From: Camelus dromedarius
Lineage: Eukaryota
Length of the DNA: 64,000 nt
Reading direction: 5' to 3'
Assembly: GCF_036321535.1 (NCBI RefSeq)
Contig: NC_087437.1
Location: 86,678,001-86,742,000, forward strand
The notes beneath the pieces were generated by a model. That model ran no database searches. It saw only the letters and a program-made list of their open reading frames with translations, and had not been told where the DNA came from. Made by a program: the position numbers and the translations under genes. Positions 39,291 through 53,144 of this stretch are shown here, piece after piece. The first letter of the stretch is position 1. The number at the start of each line of letters is the position of its first letter.

Positions 39291-40499
39291 AAAAAGGATG
39301 CATTTGTAAGAGACATTTGAATACTGCAATATATATATACTAAATCTGACATGCAACTGAGAAAATTTACACAAATATTTGTAAATGGACGCACATTTAA
39401 TTTTCGCATTTGTAACTATGCTAAGGAAATTGATACTTAATGCAATTTTATTTTGAATTCTTTTGTCAAGAAAAATCCCCTTAAAGAACTGTATTCTCCT
39501 TTTTATAGTATGGGTTTTTACATACAAATTTAAAGCAAATTAAATATACAGTGAAGTAAAATTGGTTCCACAATGTTTAACACTTTGTGTTTTAGCAACA
39601 TTTTGAAAGACACAAAAATCATGAAGATATTATTCCTGTTGTTCGGTACATCTTGGTCTGTTTTAGGTTTTAAACTCCTGGACAGCATGTAATGTTTTTG
39701 TGGAATTAAAAAAAAAAGCTTATTCAGATATTTAGGTTGATTAAGTGTAAGGTCAATAAAATCTATAGATGAATGATATCAGGTAATATAAAACTTAGAA
39801 ATCATTGTGTTTTATCTTTTTGAATGTTTATTCAAATTATGCATAAGGGACTACAGGCAAATTCAAGTTAAGTATAAAGTGCTAAGGCAATAGCTGTCTC
39901 ATTCTTTTTCAGTAGGAAAGCAGTGAACTTGACAGTGCTCAGAGGGAGGATAACGCAAACTTTATATTTCTGTTTAGAATGTGATTGTGCATACAAATGC
40001 CCTACATTTGTCCTAAGTGTCTTGATTCTGTATTTGCTGCTTAAGCTGATGGTCATGTGGTTGATCGAAAGCCAATAACAATCATGCAGAGCACAATGAT
40101 TTTATAGAAAAAAATATTTAGTTTACTGACCAAAATATAATTAACACCTTTTATCCAATCTAAGCCTGAATATTTGAAAAAAGGTAGAAATTGGCAATTA
40201 CAAAAAAAAAGCCATAAATTCAAATTTAAGCAAATTCTATACTGTTCCTCAACTTTCTATGTAGAAAATAAAACAGCACTGCTTATTCCTGACTAGTGTT
40301 GTAAGGGTCTTGAGATTTTTCAGAGTAATCTTTTTGTTAAAAAAATTGTGAAGACATTGAGTCAGCAATATGCCTCATATCAATAGCTGATCCCGTCTGA
40401 TTTTTTTTTCTTTCTGTCCATGGCAATGGGAGATGTTTGGCAGGACAAACTTGATGTTTGTTTTACTCTGTTCTTTCAGGCCTAATTTTTTTCAGACCT

Positions 40500-41470
40500 T
40501 TATTATATAAAGTATTTTCTTTGTTAGTAATATAAGTTCATTTTAGGAAGATAGAAAATTGAGAAAAGTTTGAAAAAAACCACAATATTCTTACCACCTA
40601 AAAGTTTAACCACCATTCACAATTTATTTTTGTGTTGTTTTCCATGTGTATAAATTATTTTCCAAAAATTTAATATACTGTATATGATTTTATAATTTTG
40701 TCTTTTCTACAAGATGTTCTATACAATTTAAAAGTTATTACGAGTTATTAGCATTATATATTGTTATTAGCTGTTATTCAAGGTATGCTATTTAATGATT
40801 ATACAGAATATATTAGAGAAAAATTTTTTTCTATTTAAAATTTCCAAAATTCTTGAATTTCTCTATTATAAATTTTCTCTGTTTCAAGTAACAATGTTGC
40901 CACTGTAAACATATAATTTAAGGCTCTTCTATTTTCTAGGTTAAATTATTATAAGCACAATTGCTGAGTCAAATATTACAAACATATTTAAACCTCTTGA
41001 AAATTTGTTAAAAGAAATTCTGGAACATTGTATCAATTTATACCACTGGGGCAGGGAGTGAAAATTATCTCTAACTCTCGTCACTTTGGACACCATTAGT
41101 TTTAGACCCCCCCAAAAAAAGTTTTCATATTATTCTATTTTTCATTTTTTGATTACTAATGATGCTAGAATCCTTTCATATATTCATGGGTCATTTATAT
41201 TTATTCTTTTGTGAATTTCCTTTCAATGCCTTTTATACTTTTTTCTGTTGAGGCATATGTTTTCATCTGACATATTTGTATGTTCTCATAAAAGATTAAT
41301 AATGCAATTTGTCTGCCTCATGCATTGAATTCTTTTCCAGTTTATCATTGTTTTTTTTTGAACTTCGGATTATTTTTGACATGGTAGTTTCATTTGTTAA
41401 GTAGTCAAATATATCTTTTTTGTTTTTTACATTTTTGATTCATATCTTTGCTTATATGCTTTAAAAAGCT
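40500..41470 (-). mobile_element. Ancient L1ME-like fragment
   Basis: caattgctgagtcaaat..., ttgtatcaatttatacc, tcatttatatttattcttttgtgaatt, tttgttaagtagtcaaatatatc. Confidence 0.6.
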
Positions 41471-42399
41471 TTCAGATAAATGTTATCTTAGATATAGTAC
41501 CTTCAATTCAACTCATATTTATCGTTTGACTTCTAAGTGCCTAGCAGTAATATAAACAAAATAGAAATTCTAGGGTATTAAGTATGCTGCCTCTGCCCTT
41601 AATCCTCCTGTATTTTATTATTCCTGTTCCCTACTCATTACATTATATTAGGCATTATAAATTATATTCCCCTTACCCAAAATGTAAAACCCATCCTAAA
41701 GAAATAATAGATTTTAAGTGAGTCCAGGACTACTCTGAGCTTCTGCTTTATAGACACTGCTTTGACAGGCTCAAGTAATCCTAACCAACATTGACAGTGT
41801 ATATGTAAATTCAGATACGTTGCCCTATAAAGTTTGAAACTAGTCTTGTTATTGTCAGTACAACATCCTGTATGCCAGGGTTGAAACTTGAACTCATGGG
41901 CTTACTTAGATCCATAGCCTTAACCTAATTCCTACAATGTTTTTATAGTCTGTTTCTTGGTTGCCTCCTGATTAGCATTTTATTTCCTCCATGAGGATGA
42001 CAGCGCTGAATTGAATGATAAACTACTTCACGAGGCTCCGTGGCGAGGCTATGACAGTGTTGTGTTTTGGGAGGTCCAGCTAATGTGGCACCAGTGTTCC
42101 TGGACCCTGGCCACTGACTGGATCCTCCACACAGATGGAACCACCTAGAACTACCACTGGTAACCTGCTTGCCTCTGGGCTTTGACCACTGCAAGTCCCT
42201 GAATCAGAAGCCTAGTGAGCTGTGTCTAATTCAAGTCCAAGTTTAGGTTAGCCCCATGGATCAGAGGGCTAGTTATTTCCTCTCTAAGGAATAAACTAAG
42301 AGTACAACCCTTGATAAGAAAATCTGAGTACGGTATGTTAACTAAGTTTCAGGAAGCCAGGAGTACCAGAGTAGGTGTTCTGAATGGTTTCTCAGGAAC

Positions 42400-43790
42400 G
42401 TCTTTACCAGAAAACCAACATTTGAGCAGAGAGACCTGAGGGGAGTCAGGAGTTAGCTATATGAATATCATGAGGAAAAGCATCCCAGGCAAAAGGAACA
42501 GCAAGTACAGAGATCTTGAGTTATAATTATATCTGAAGTGTTTGGGGAACAAGAAGACTAATATGATTGGTCCTGAGTGAGTGAGAAAGGGAGTAGTGGG
42601 AGATGAAATGATAAGATCAGGGATAGAGCAGGGCCAAACCATACAGAGCCTTGTAGGTCCTGGTAAACACTTTGTTCTCATTACGAGTGAGAAAGGAATC
42701 TAACAGAAGCATTTTAACAGAGGAGTGATATGATCTGATTTATATTTTAAAAGGAATCACATTGACTATCATGACCATAGACTTTAGAGGAGTAAGGGCA
42801 AAAGCAGGAGAATATGCAGAAGGCCATAGCAGTTTTCCAGGTGAATTATGGTGAGCTGGGAAAATTTACTGTCTTAGTCCATTCTGGTCTCTTTAATAAA
42901 ATGCCACTGAGTGGGTAGTTTATAAACAACAGAAATTTATTTCTTACGGTTCTGGGGACTGGAAGTCTGAGATGAGTGTGCCAGCATGGTCAACAAGGGC
43001 TCTCCTCCAGGCTGCAGCCTCCTTCTTGTATCCTCACATGGCGGGAGGAGCTGGGGATCTCTGTACGACCTCTTTTATGAGAGTACTCATCTTATTCATG
43101 ATGCTCCACCCTAATGACCTACTCACCCTCAAAGTCCCCACCTACTACCATCACCTTTGGGGGTTAGGATTTCTACATATGAATTTGGGGGAACACAAAC
43201 AGGTGGTAATACTGTATTTGGATGAAGTAGTTAGATTATGATTATACTTTGATGGTGGAACTAATAGACAATGCTGGTAAGTTAGAGAGATACCATGGAC
43301 ACCTCCAAGATGTCTGGAGTGAATACCTGGAAGAGTGGCGTTCTCATTAACAAAGATAAGGAAGGACAATTCTGAGAGGGAAAATCAGAAATTTGGTTTT
43401 GGACATATGAAGTTTGAATAATTTAGCAGATATCTAAATGGAGATGTTGGATAAGATGTTAGAGATACGAATCTGGAGTTCATGGGAAGAGGTCTGGGCC
43501 AGAGAAGTAAATTTGGGAATCATCACCATATAAATTATATTTAAAAGCATGAGAATGGATGAATCACATATAAAGTCAGTATAAATAACCAGAAAAAGTC
43601 CTAAGTAAACTCTCAAGCAAAGAAGCTATACTCTGTGAGAAAACAATGGCCTGCAAAGTAAGGGAAGAATCAAGAAGCTGTGGGAAGAAAGCATTTCAAG
43701 GACAGTGCTGGGGGTGGGTGATTCAACATATTCACTGGAGAATTAGCCACTGCATTTGGCAAAGTGAAAGTCACTTTTGACCTTGACAGA
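42400..43790 (+). mobile_element. L2 element interrupted by an MLT1A LTR
   Basis: catttgagcagagagacctgag...aaggaacagcaagtacagag...tttggttttggacatatgaagtttga...atctggagttcatgggaagaggtctgggc. Confidence 0.75.
42870..43201 (-). mobile_element. MaLR LTR (MLT1A-like)
   Basis: tgtcttagtccattc...ataaacaacagaaatttatttcttacggttctgggg...tatgaatttgggggaacacaaaca. Confidence 0.85.
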
Positions 43791-44249
43791 TTAAAAATTA
43801 AGGTTTTTGTATTATAGGGATAAACTATTTTTCTTTATGTTTACCTGAGAATGTATATTTTAAGTAATTATCTTCTGCCTATGTTGTTAGTAGAAACAAA
43901 GCAACAAACAAAATCTTAATATTAAGAAGTCACAGCACAGCTGTTATTCCATTAATGAAAGATGTAACTGAGCAGGGAAAATTCAGAGAAAGACAACTAA
44001 ATGACCAAGACAGTTTATGGTAAGTTAAAATTAGAATACCTTAGTCTAAAAAGATGAAGACAAAAAAGTCTAACATATTTGAAGATATGCAATAGAAAGT
44101 ATAAAATTTAGGGGATTTACCTAAATTCCTGGATTAAGTTACTTAGCAGGTACCCTTTTATGTTTGGAAAATGATGTGTTTAGTTATAGTAAACACACAC
44201 ACAAACACAATGTGATCATTTAAAAGGATTTAAAAGGTGTAACCATGTG

Positions 44250-45100
44250 TTGATTTAACCATCATCTCCCTTTGCCTCACTCTTGTAGTAGTAACCTCAC
44301 TTCTCTTTTATCTAATTTAAGTCAGTCCTTGATTATAATCAGTCCTTGGCCTCAGTGTCTTAACTCTCTAGCCTCTTTGCCCTTTATTATGCCCACCTGG
44401 AAAATGCCAATGCTCGTTGCATAAAACGCTCTGCATATACTGCCCATATCTTGCCCAGCCAAATAAACATTGTTGGAAGGAAACCCATGACCATACTGAT
44501 TTGTTTCCTTCAAACTCATAACCCCTTACAAACAATGGGTCCTTAGTGTAACCTGTTAAGTGTCTCATATTTACTTCCCTATCTAAGAAGTCTCTTGCAT
44601 CTCCTTTCTTTTGTTCTCAAATGCCAAGTAATTCCCTCTCCATCCAATTTCCAGCTGGTGGCAATGCTTTTTACTTAGCTATTAAAAGTCATTATTAAAA
44701 ATCAAGAAAAATAAAACCAAAACTACTGCATGATTTTTCTGACAGACCTACCGACTTGATCCCATTTATATCTATGTACTCTGTTTTACATCTTGCCACA
44801 ATGAAGCTAATGTCTGTACTCCTGCTAAGCCAGTCTATTCACGTGTATGCTACAGTCCATCCCTCTTGCCTTCTAAACGATGCCAGTTTTTCAGTTACTC
44901 CCACTGTATTCCACATCAACCTTCTTTAGTAATAATTGCCAGCTAAATACATAGTTATTTTGTTCATTTTAAAATAAATTCTCTTGAATATCCATTCTTC
45001 TCCATTGACTACTTGGTTGGAAGCATAAAGTCATAATGAAATAGTTCTGTAAACCTGCTGTCTCAAACAACATTTCTGAACTCATTTCAGTCAAATTCTA
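44250..45100 (-). mobile_element. L2 remnant (opposite orientation to 42400-43790)
   Basis: Pyrimidine-rich L2-like text (ctcctgctaagccagtctattcacgtgtatgc...catccctcttgccttc). Confidence 0.5.
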
Positions 45101-46784
45101 GAAGGCCAGTGTTTACTAGAAAAGAACATAAAGGACTTTTCTGGAGGGAAAGGAAGCCTCTATCTCTTTTTTTGTGTTACTTGTATGACACAATTTTCAA
45201 AATTCATTAAATTGAATGTTTAAGATCTATGCTTTATACTACATGTAAATTATACCTCAAAAAAGGAAAAAAATGTAAACTAGCCCTATTCCCCACTCTG
45301 ACTGTTCACCAGCCAACCAACAAACAAGCAAAGCACATGCAGACAGTTAAGTTTTAAAAAGGGGTTCCTGGACGGAAATGTGAGAGAGGGCCAACTCGAA
45401 ATAAGAAGAAATGACAAGTGGCATGATAGCTATAACTGAGGTTAGCAATTTGTAACTTGTAGTGATTCTAATTTCCACGGTGTATAATTTTGTCCTCCTG
45501 GGATTAGTTAGAATGATGGAGAGAGTGGAATATAACAATTTATCCAGGTTAAAGAATTTGTGGGCAATGTGGCAGGGCATTTGGTCAGTGGAATAGCTGA
45601 AACACCAGAACAGTGATCAAAAGGTGTGGTTTATATGTCCCTGCAAAGCTGGTGTAATTGGAAAAAACAGTGAGAAAGTTAGAGGGCATTTTGTTCAGAT
45701 AGCTGCATATTAGAGTGCGAGGTGGTCATGGGTTGACAGCTAGCCATACAGAAATGAAAAGAAAACTGGCAATGGAATGCAAATTCTCTGTCTTTCATTA
45801 GTTTAGTTATCTTGAAAAAGTCATTACTCCTATAATGTTGTTTCATCTGTCACAGAAAAGAATATCTGCTGATTCCCATATTTGTAACAATAATTGAGAC
45901 GATTTACACAGAAGCATTTGGTAATCTGTTAAATGTCATACAAATATAAGGCGTTATCAGGAGGTTTTTCTTACCATCAAAAGTCTAACATGTTTAATAA
46001 TTATTTATGAAATGAATCAAATCATTTATTGTAGCCATTTCTTAAAAACTAGTTTTTATGTGCACTTAAACATGTCCATCAAAATCTGTATGACTCAAAG
46101 CTTTGTCAAGAAGTCCTTAATTTTATTGAACTAATCAAAGAGGATTTAAATTTTAGTAAGGGTACCTTTTCCTTTAAGAGATTTGCATGAAACTAGCAAA
46201 TCTAGTAGTTTTAATTTTAATCAGCAATTCTTTGAAAAAGTCCTTTAACAAAAGCCTCACAGCAGATGGTCACATAATAAAAAATGTGTCCATTAGCTAA
46301 ACATTAACACAACACAATACATTAACTTGATGTTTTCTTTGATTAATAAACACCTTCTCATAATATAACAAATTGCTGTACTTTTATTATTACAGATGCT
46401 TTTTTTTTTTTCGGTAGGAGAGGAGAAAATATTCCATTAGAGGTCCTGATCGAAAAACTAGCATTTCATAAACTAGACAATTGATTTCAGGCTTTTACAA
46501 ATTATTTGCATTATGCCAGACAAAACATGAACCCAGCACAAAAAGGGTTTCATGAAAGATACAAGTTTATAAAACATATAGTTTCTACTTTGCATTTTTC
46601 TCTACATATAACAAACACATATTAATTATGCTTAAATTCTTTTTATAATCATATTTTAAATGATTTGATTTACTAAAAGTCTTAAGAATCCACTAGTTTT
46701 ATTCCTTTTTCCTTTTCTCTATAATGAATGTTCTTTATATACAGAGCAATATGGTACTTTGGGGAAAAGTTATAGACCTTCATA

Positions 46785-47242
46785 TATATTCATTTCCTGG
46801 GGCCACCATAACAAACTACCATAAACTGAGTGGCTTAAAACAACAGAAATGTGTTCGCACGTCTAGTTCTGAAAGCTAGAAGTTCAAAATTAAGGGGTAG
46901 GCATAGCCATGATTCTCTGATAGCCTTAGGGAGTAAGTTTTCCTTCCTTCTTCCTAGCTTTGGGTGGTAGCCATCAATCTCTGGTATTCCATGGCTTGCA
47001 GACACATCACTCCAGCATCTATCTCTGTCTTCACAAGGTGTTCTCCAGTGTTTTTGTCTTTTCTCCTCTTCTGACAAGGACACCAGTCATGTTAGATTAG
47101 GGTTCACTCTAACTGACTATTACCTCATCTTAACATAATTACATCTGCAAAGACTGTATTTCCAGATTACCCCACATTTAGAGGTATGAGGAGTTAGGAC
47201 ATCAACATACCATTTTGGGGGGACACAATTCAACCCATAACA
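46785..47242 (-). mobile_element. MaLR LTR (MLT1C-like)
   Basis: ccataacaaactaccataaactgagtggcttaaaacaacagaaat...aaggacaccagtcat...ggacacaattcaacccataaca. Confidence 0.88.
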
Positions 47243-47335
47243 AAACATGTCATGTTGAATATGTGGAAGGCCAGTTGTAGAGATAATACTCTTTTAGCAA
47301 TCAAAAAAAGAACATAGGAAGCTTCCAGTTTGATT

Positions 47336-47878
47336 TGAAGAGGAGCAGAATTTGCTACCTCAAAATATGCTTCTTTGGCAAAATGATTATCATGAGTTGG
47401 TTATTTTTAAGAACCAGCAGACACAGGAGAAGCTCTGAAAACCTAGTAAAAGTCATCCTTTTACAAGGGAAATTCATATTTATAAAGGAAATCTCCATTT
47501 GTAAGGATACCTTCCTCTCTGTACCAGAAAGAGGAAGATAACTGTATCTCTAAAAACTCTTATCAGTGGAGAGAGCAGAAACTTAAACTTGCATAACAGC
47601 CTTACCCTGTGTACTGTGGCTTTTCCTGGTTACCTATGGTAACCTGCTCCCCTCCCCCAACATCTTTTCTCTGTAGCTGGAGATGGCATTTAATGTGGTG
47701 GTTGGGCCATTTCTAGGAGTTGCTCGGTTTTCCTGGGTCTCTCCCATGTATGTAAGAGGTATCCATGTTATTAAACTTCTGTTTGTTTTTCTTCTCTTAA
47801 TCTGCTGTTTTATTAAGGGGGAGGGAGTGTCTCAGTCACCAGCCTAGAAGGGTAGAGGAAAAATTTTTCTCCCCTGCA
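47336..47878 (+). mobile_element. ERV1 solo LTR (MER34-like), 543 bp
   Basis: TG...CA termini with perfect 4-bp TSD GATT (47332-47335 / 47879-47882); attaaa poly(A) signal near 47770. Confidence 0.88.
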
Positions 47879-48009
47879 GATTCACCTCTTACGTAAACAT
47901 TGAAAAATTCCCTAGGAATGTCTGCAAAATAAGGATCAGAATGAGCTGTGTCTAGCATGAGGATTGGAAGTCAGCTGTCACCTCAGTAATCAGAACTATA
48001 AGATAGGGT

Positions 48010-48345
48010 AATTTTTTAAACATTTTACTTGGAAGAAATTATAGCTTCACAGGAAGTTATAAAAATAGTACAGAGAGACTGGTGTAACTTTCATCCAGTT
48101 TTCCCAATGATTGCATTGTACCTAATTACAGTACTATATCAAAACTAGGAAATCAATTTTGGTAAAACATGTGTAAAGTTCTATGCCATTTTATCTCATG
48201 TGTAGAATTCTATAATCACCAAAGCAATGAAGATACAGAACTATATCATCACCACAAAAATTTTGCTCATGCTTCCTTTATAGTCAAACTTACCACCTCC
48301 CCCCACCCCACCCCACCCACACATTACCTAGGGATTCACCTATTT
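48010..48345 (-). mobile_element. Old L1M 3'UTR terminus
   Basis: ttatagcttcacaggaagttataaaaatagtacagagag...tatcaaaactaggaaat. Confidence 0.7.
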
Positions 48346-51145
48346 GTAGTATTGTATGTTCTGGAAGGATTGAAAACAAATCAGATTTCCCTGAAGCTCC
48401 TCCCCCTCTCCTTCCCCCCACCTCCCCACCCCCACACAAATCATAAGAGTTTGGTTAGAGAGCACTATGGCAAAAAGAGCCTGCCTTCTGGTCCTGATAG
48501 GGCAGCAGTCAAGTCTTACAAGGCCAATTCCTGGCTGCGTAATCATGGAAAATACTTTGAGCCATGGTTTGTTCATTTTAATTCTGGTTACAGAGCTATT
48601 ACGCAGATGTAAAACTGCAACCTAAAATCTAGAACATAATTCCTCACTTGGTCATTTGCTGGAAGTTGGTTAACTGTAACAGGCCAAGCTAGTTGTGACC
48701 CTGCCCACCTGAACAAATTGAGTCCAAACTTGGAGACTGAGCAAGTCCTTTTTATGTTGCCTGCTTCCAACACTGTCCCTTCCTCACCTTTGCTCCAACT
48801 TCTAAAAGTATCTGAACCACCTTATGAAGACAAAGCTCGTGATGTTAAACTGCACCAAAAATGACCATGGAAAAGAGTAACGACACATGAGACATAAGTG
48901 GTTTGCTGTTTTGTCTTGTCATCACTTTGTATCTTTGTAAATAATCAAATAATTAAGACAAATTTATGTTGTGAGGAAGCAGCTACATGAATTGGAACAG
49001 ACCATATGATGAGAAATCATTGTCATGGGACTGCTTCAGTCTATTAATTAATCTATTTCACCTTCTCTGTGAAGCACCCAATAAGGCCCCCAAAACAAAA
49101 AGTATAAATTCTTTCATATAACCTTCCCTTCTTAAAAAGTACAGAATTTGAAGGTTATTCTACAGATTGTTGACTTAAAACTTGTTATATTAATACAAAC
49201 AGCCACATTTTTCAGTGGCAAGAGTAATTATTTTTAAATTGAAAGACTTTTTTTTTTGGTAACACCCACATGATTGTCTCATAATTCTTTTTCTGCAGAT
49301 ATTTATTTTAACAGAAAATAGCTTTATTGACATAGTCTTCTTTTCCAGAACTCTTGAGAGAGAGAGAGAAAATGGCATAAAGATTCTCTTTCTTCAGAGT
49401 TGAACTGAGACACTTTTTCAAAGTTTCTAGAAATAGGCATAGATAATTTCTGAGTCACTGCAGCCTTTAAAAAAATCCTTTCACACTCACCTAATCAGTG
49501 ATGACATAGCTTGTCTCAGAAAACTCATAGAGACCTTGGTATCTGCTTGTGTGCTTGGGTCCACCGGCATTCCTGCTCTCCTGAAAATGCCCTGAATGGA
49601 GGGTCACTGGATTTACCAAATGAAAATATAGGAAACATTTTGGTTACAGATAAAAAGCAAATAACTTTTATAGTAGAGGTATGTTCCAAGGGTTGCATGA
49701 GAAAACGCAAAATATTGTTTATCTGGAATTAAATTGTAACTGTGTTTCTTGTTTTCTACCTGGCAACCTACTTGAATGGGCTGATTTTCATCCCCCTGTG
49801 AACTGTTGTCATAAATCGATCTTCTTGCAGATACACAGCACCCTGCATCTCCTGAGCTAGGCTTCTTGCACAGGGTGGGCCTAGGTCCTGCTAGGCAGAT
49901 TCTCTTGGAGCTGCTCCACTGGAACTTCATTTCCACCTAGATTGATACCATTGTTGTCACTCTCTCTCTGTCTCTCTCTCTTTCTTTTTTTCCCCCTGCA
50001 CTTGAAGTAGCAGACTATCTCAGAACCAGCATAACACAGTTCTCACCACTTACTGTATGACATCGGACAACCAACACAGCCAGCTGCATTTCCTCCAGCT
50101 GTGATGTGAACGTAATTTTGCTCATTCTGAGGGTCTAAGTCTATCCTTCAGCATGGCATAGCATGCAAATTAAATACTTTCTTAAAATAAAGTGTACGGG
50201 AAAGTATTTTTGTTGTTGTTGCTTTTTAGCCCCTATGTTTTGAAGAATCTTAAAATCTTATTTAATATGTGTTCACTTTTCATAACTGGTATATATGTAC
50301 ATACACATGCATGTATGTATGTGTTTATTTCAAAACAGCTATTCTGTTGTGTTCAGTTTTAGTTGCAACAGGCCAGAATTGAATTGGAAAAGTCTCTGTA
50401 ATGTAAAAGAAAAACTGTCAATGTGATGTTTTTGTCCCAGAGAAACTCTGATGAATATATTCTTATTTGAAGACATAAAACCCTCTAAATATTTGACATG
50501 GGCTCATCACTTGTCACAGTCTCCTTCTGTTGTGTTAGAATATTTTCTTCTAGCTAGTATTCAAAACCAAACATACCTAATTTCTTCCCTTTGGGGTTTT
50601 TCTGAGCATAGAACTAAATGAAATTAAGGTACGACCAGCCCTTGTACCACTTTCTTCTGTGAGGTTAATCACGGTGGGTGATTTCCTGAGCCGCTGATAG
50701 CTAATACAGACCCCACTGCCTTCTGCTGATTTCAGTTACAGTAGGAGAATTCCAAAAAATTCTGGGAAAAATGTTTTCCTTTTACTAAAGTGATTCTTCA
50801 GTGTGATTTCTTGTCTCTCTGAGGATTGCAGAGTTCATTTGCTTTATCCACTTACCAAATTTGCTATTTTTCTTTTTATTCACTATTCATTAATAAATTC
50901 ACTATTTATTCATGAAATGTTAATTATATTTTCCCCTTATTTTTCTCCCTCTGCACCCTCTCCCGCATTTTCTCTTTGCTTTTATATAATATAATTATAC
51001 TGAGGGAAAATAAAATACCAGTTTTTAGGTATCTCATTGGAAAAAAATAAATGGATTATTTTAAATGGCACATATAAATGAAACATATAAATACAAATAT
51101 GCATATGCATATACATTCTTCGAATCTTTTCTCCTTAACTTGCAG

Positions 51146-51316
51146 AATGTAAGCCTGAAGCTGCTTTAGATTTTTCAGCAGCGGTTACATCCCAGAGCAA
51201 CATGCCTCCAGCTGTAGGGGACTACATGCAGCTCTCCGGGAGGCCCTGTCAAACTCCTCTCATGCGGCTGAGGGAAGAAAAAGGCACCCCTTACTCTACC
51301 CCCCAAGAAAGAACAG
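51146..51316 (+). CDS. Candidate internal exon (171 nt, phase 1-1) of an unidentified gene
   Basis: Acceptor tcttttctccttaacttgcag|, donor ACAG|gtaaaa; one open frame CKPEAALDFSAAVTSQSNMPPAVGDYMQLSGRPCQTPLMRLREEKGTPYSTPQERT; GC-richer than flanks; no repeat recognised. Protein not recognised. Confidence 0.4.
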
Positions 51317-52224
51317 GTAAAAGAACACGAATAGCACCTTTCTAAATCCTCCTGTAAATCTCCAGCCTTTATCTCCTAGCTGTGGGAAAGGGGATTAAAT
51401 ATCACCAAACTAGTTTCAGATATTTAATTTTTAACAACTTTATGTGTTAGTAATTGGAATGTTGTAATTATCACTGTAGGGTCTCAGTCTAATTTTCTAA
51501 CTTAACATGCCTCTGTAATATTATTCACAGTGTAACCTAAGTGGAACTCAGGAAATCTATATCGACTGACTCACTTTCTTTTCTGATTCAAAGTGGATGT
51601 GATAGTTTCCATCATAAACCCAAATAAATAGCTACCAAATAACTACTGAGGCATTTTACAATGGCTTCATGCAAACAAACAAAATCCTCAAATAATTTAA
51701 AGCCAATATTTTACTAAAACCACAATGTGAAAATTTTAACAATACTAATTATCTACTATTTAATTTTTTATATCTATACTAGGTTAGTTTTCTTTAGCTG
51801 TGAGTAAACATTTTATTCTTTTGTAAGTAGAAGCTTTGAGAAAACAGTCATTTTCTGTCTGTGTAAGCACTAGTATATTATGCAGTGTTTTTAATGTAAT
51901 TTGGGGTTAAAGAATTTTTCAGTTATTCCCTTGGTTTACTTATGACTCTGTACAAAAATCTAGAATACGATACATTTGAATATATAAAGCTTTCTTAGAG
52001 AATGCAGCATATTAAATTATATTAATAATTCATTTTTCCTAGTTAGTTATTAGCTTGTTATATATAAAACTACTTTATAATAATAATGTTTATCATTTTT
52101 AAAGTTTTTAATATACACCATCTTGATAGTTCCTTACAATAATTTTGTAAGGGCAATATTAGTATCTGTGTTTTATATATGAGGACAAGACTGCACAAGT
52201 AGAAATGTTGTATTTCAAATTTCA

Positions 52225-52570
52225 TTTGCTTTGTTTTAATATGAACTTTTCATTGGAGTATGCTTACAGAAAGGTGGTAAAAGTCATAAATTTTAAAAAA
52301 TGAACCCAGCTAGGTACCCAGAAGTCCCCTGTGTTCTATTTCAGTAACAATATTCCCACTGTGCCTAGGGCAACCACCACCTGACTTGTAACACCATAGC
52401 TTACTTTAGCTTGCTTTTTAACTTTACAAAAATGCAAACCCAGTAGATTCTCTTTTGTGTTAGGTTTCTTATGGTCAACATTACATTTGTGAGATTTATT
52501 CAAGTTGTTGGGAGTACCTATATTCTGTTCATTCTCATTGCTACATTATATTCAATCATATGACTATACC
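52225..52570 (-). mobile_element. Old L1ME-like 3'UTR fragment
   Basis: caaccaccacctgacttgtaacaccatag...tgtgagatttattcaagttgttg...ttcattctcattgct. Confidence 0.65.
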
Positions 52571-53144
52571 AAGAAAGAATAAAGAGTATTGAAAGGATAA
52601 ATATGTTGCTAAATATTTAAGTAAAAATTGACTGAATATTGAGTAAATATTGAATAGTAATATATTGTGGGTGGTAAAATGTAGTTGAGCTAAAACATTA
52701 CAAAAACAATTTAAAAAGCAGGGTGAATGTAAATGAAGTTAAAGAATTCTAAAGTTCTGGCATTACTGAGAGACTTAAAGTAGTAATTTGTGTTGGACTC
52801 TAATAAGTCAGTGTTGCATAATGTAAGCATTGGCATTTGACTAAACATGCTTATTAGAGGAAGATACAGTATTGGGCTGAGAAAGTTATCTTTGACAAAG
52901 ACTCCTTGAAACTTTCATTTTAACAATAATAAACTGCCATATATAACAGTATATTATTCATATGATGAATATTCATGAATTATTAAATGTTTATTAAACT
53001 GCTGCGTGCTATGCAATGTTCATGTGCTTGGGACACATCAGTGAACAAAATTGATAAAATTTCTATGCAGAGAACTTACGTTCTCGGAGAAGGGAGACAG
53101 ATAATAAAAGATAATAAAATCATAAATTATGTTATATGCAGTAT

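Noticed and set aside
40358..40367. TGAGTCAGCA (ARE/MARE) motif and scattered AP-1 TGAGTCA sites (49451, ~57765, ~57847)
   Set aside because: Short motifs occur by chance in 64 kb; no supporting context.
48169..48612. 147-aa ORF with Pro/His-rich tracts
   Set aside because: Begins inside an antisense L1M 3'UTR and runs through C-tracts; not protein-like.
49613..49936. 107-aa minus-strand ORF with possible splice sites
   Set aside because: Weak acceptor and donor; peptide not recognised.
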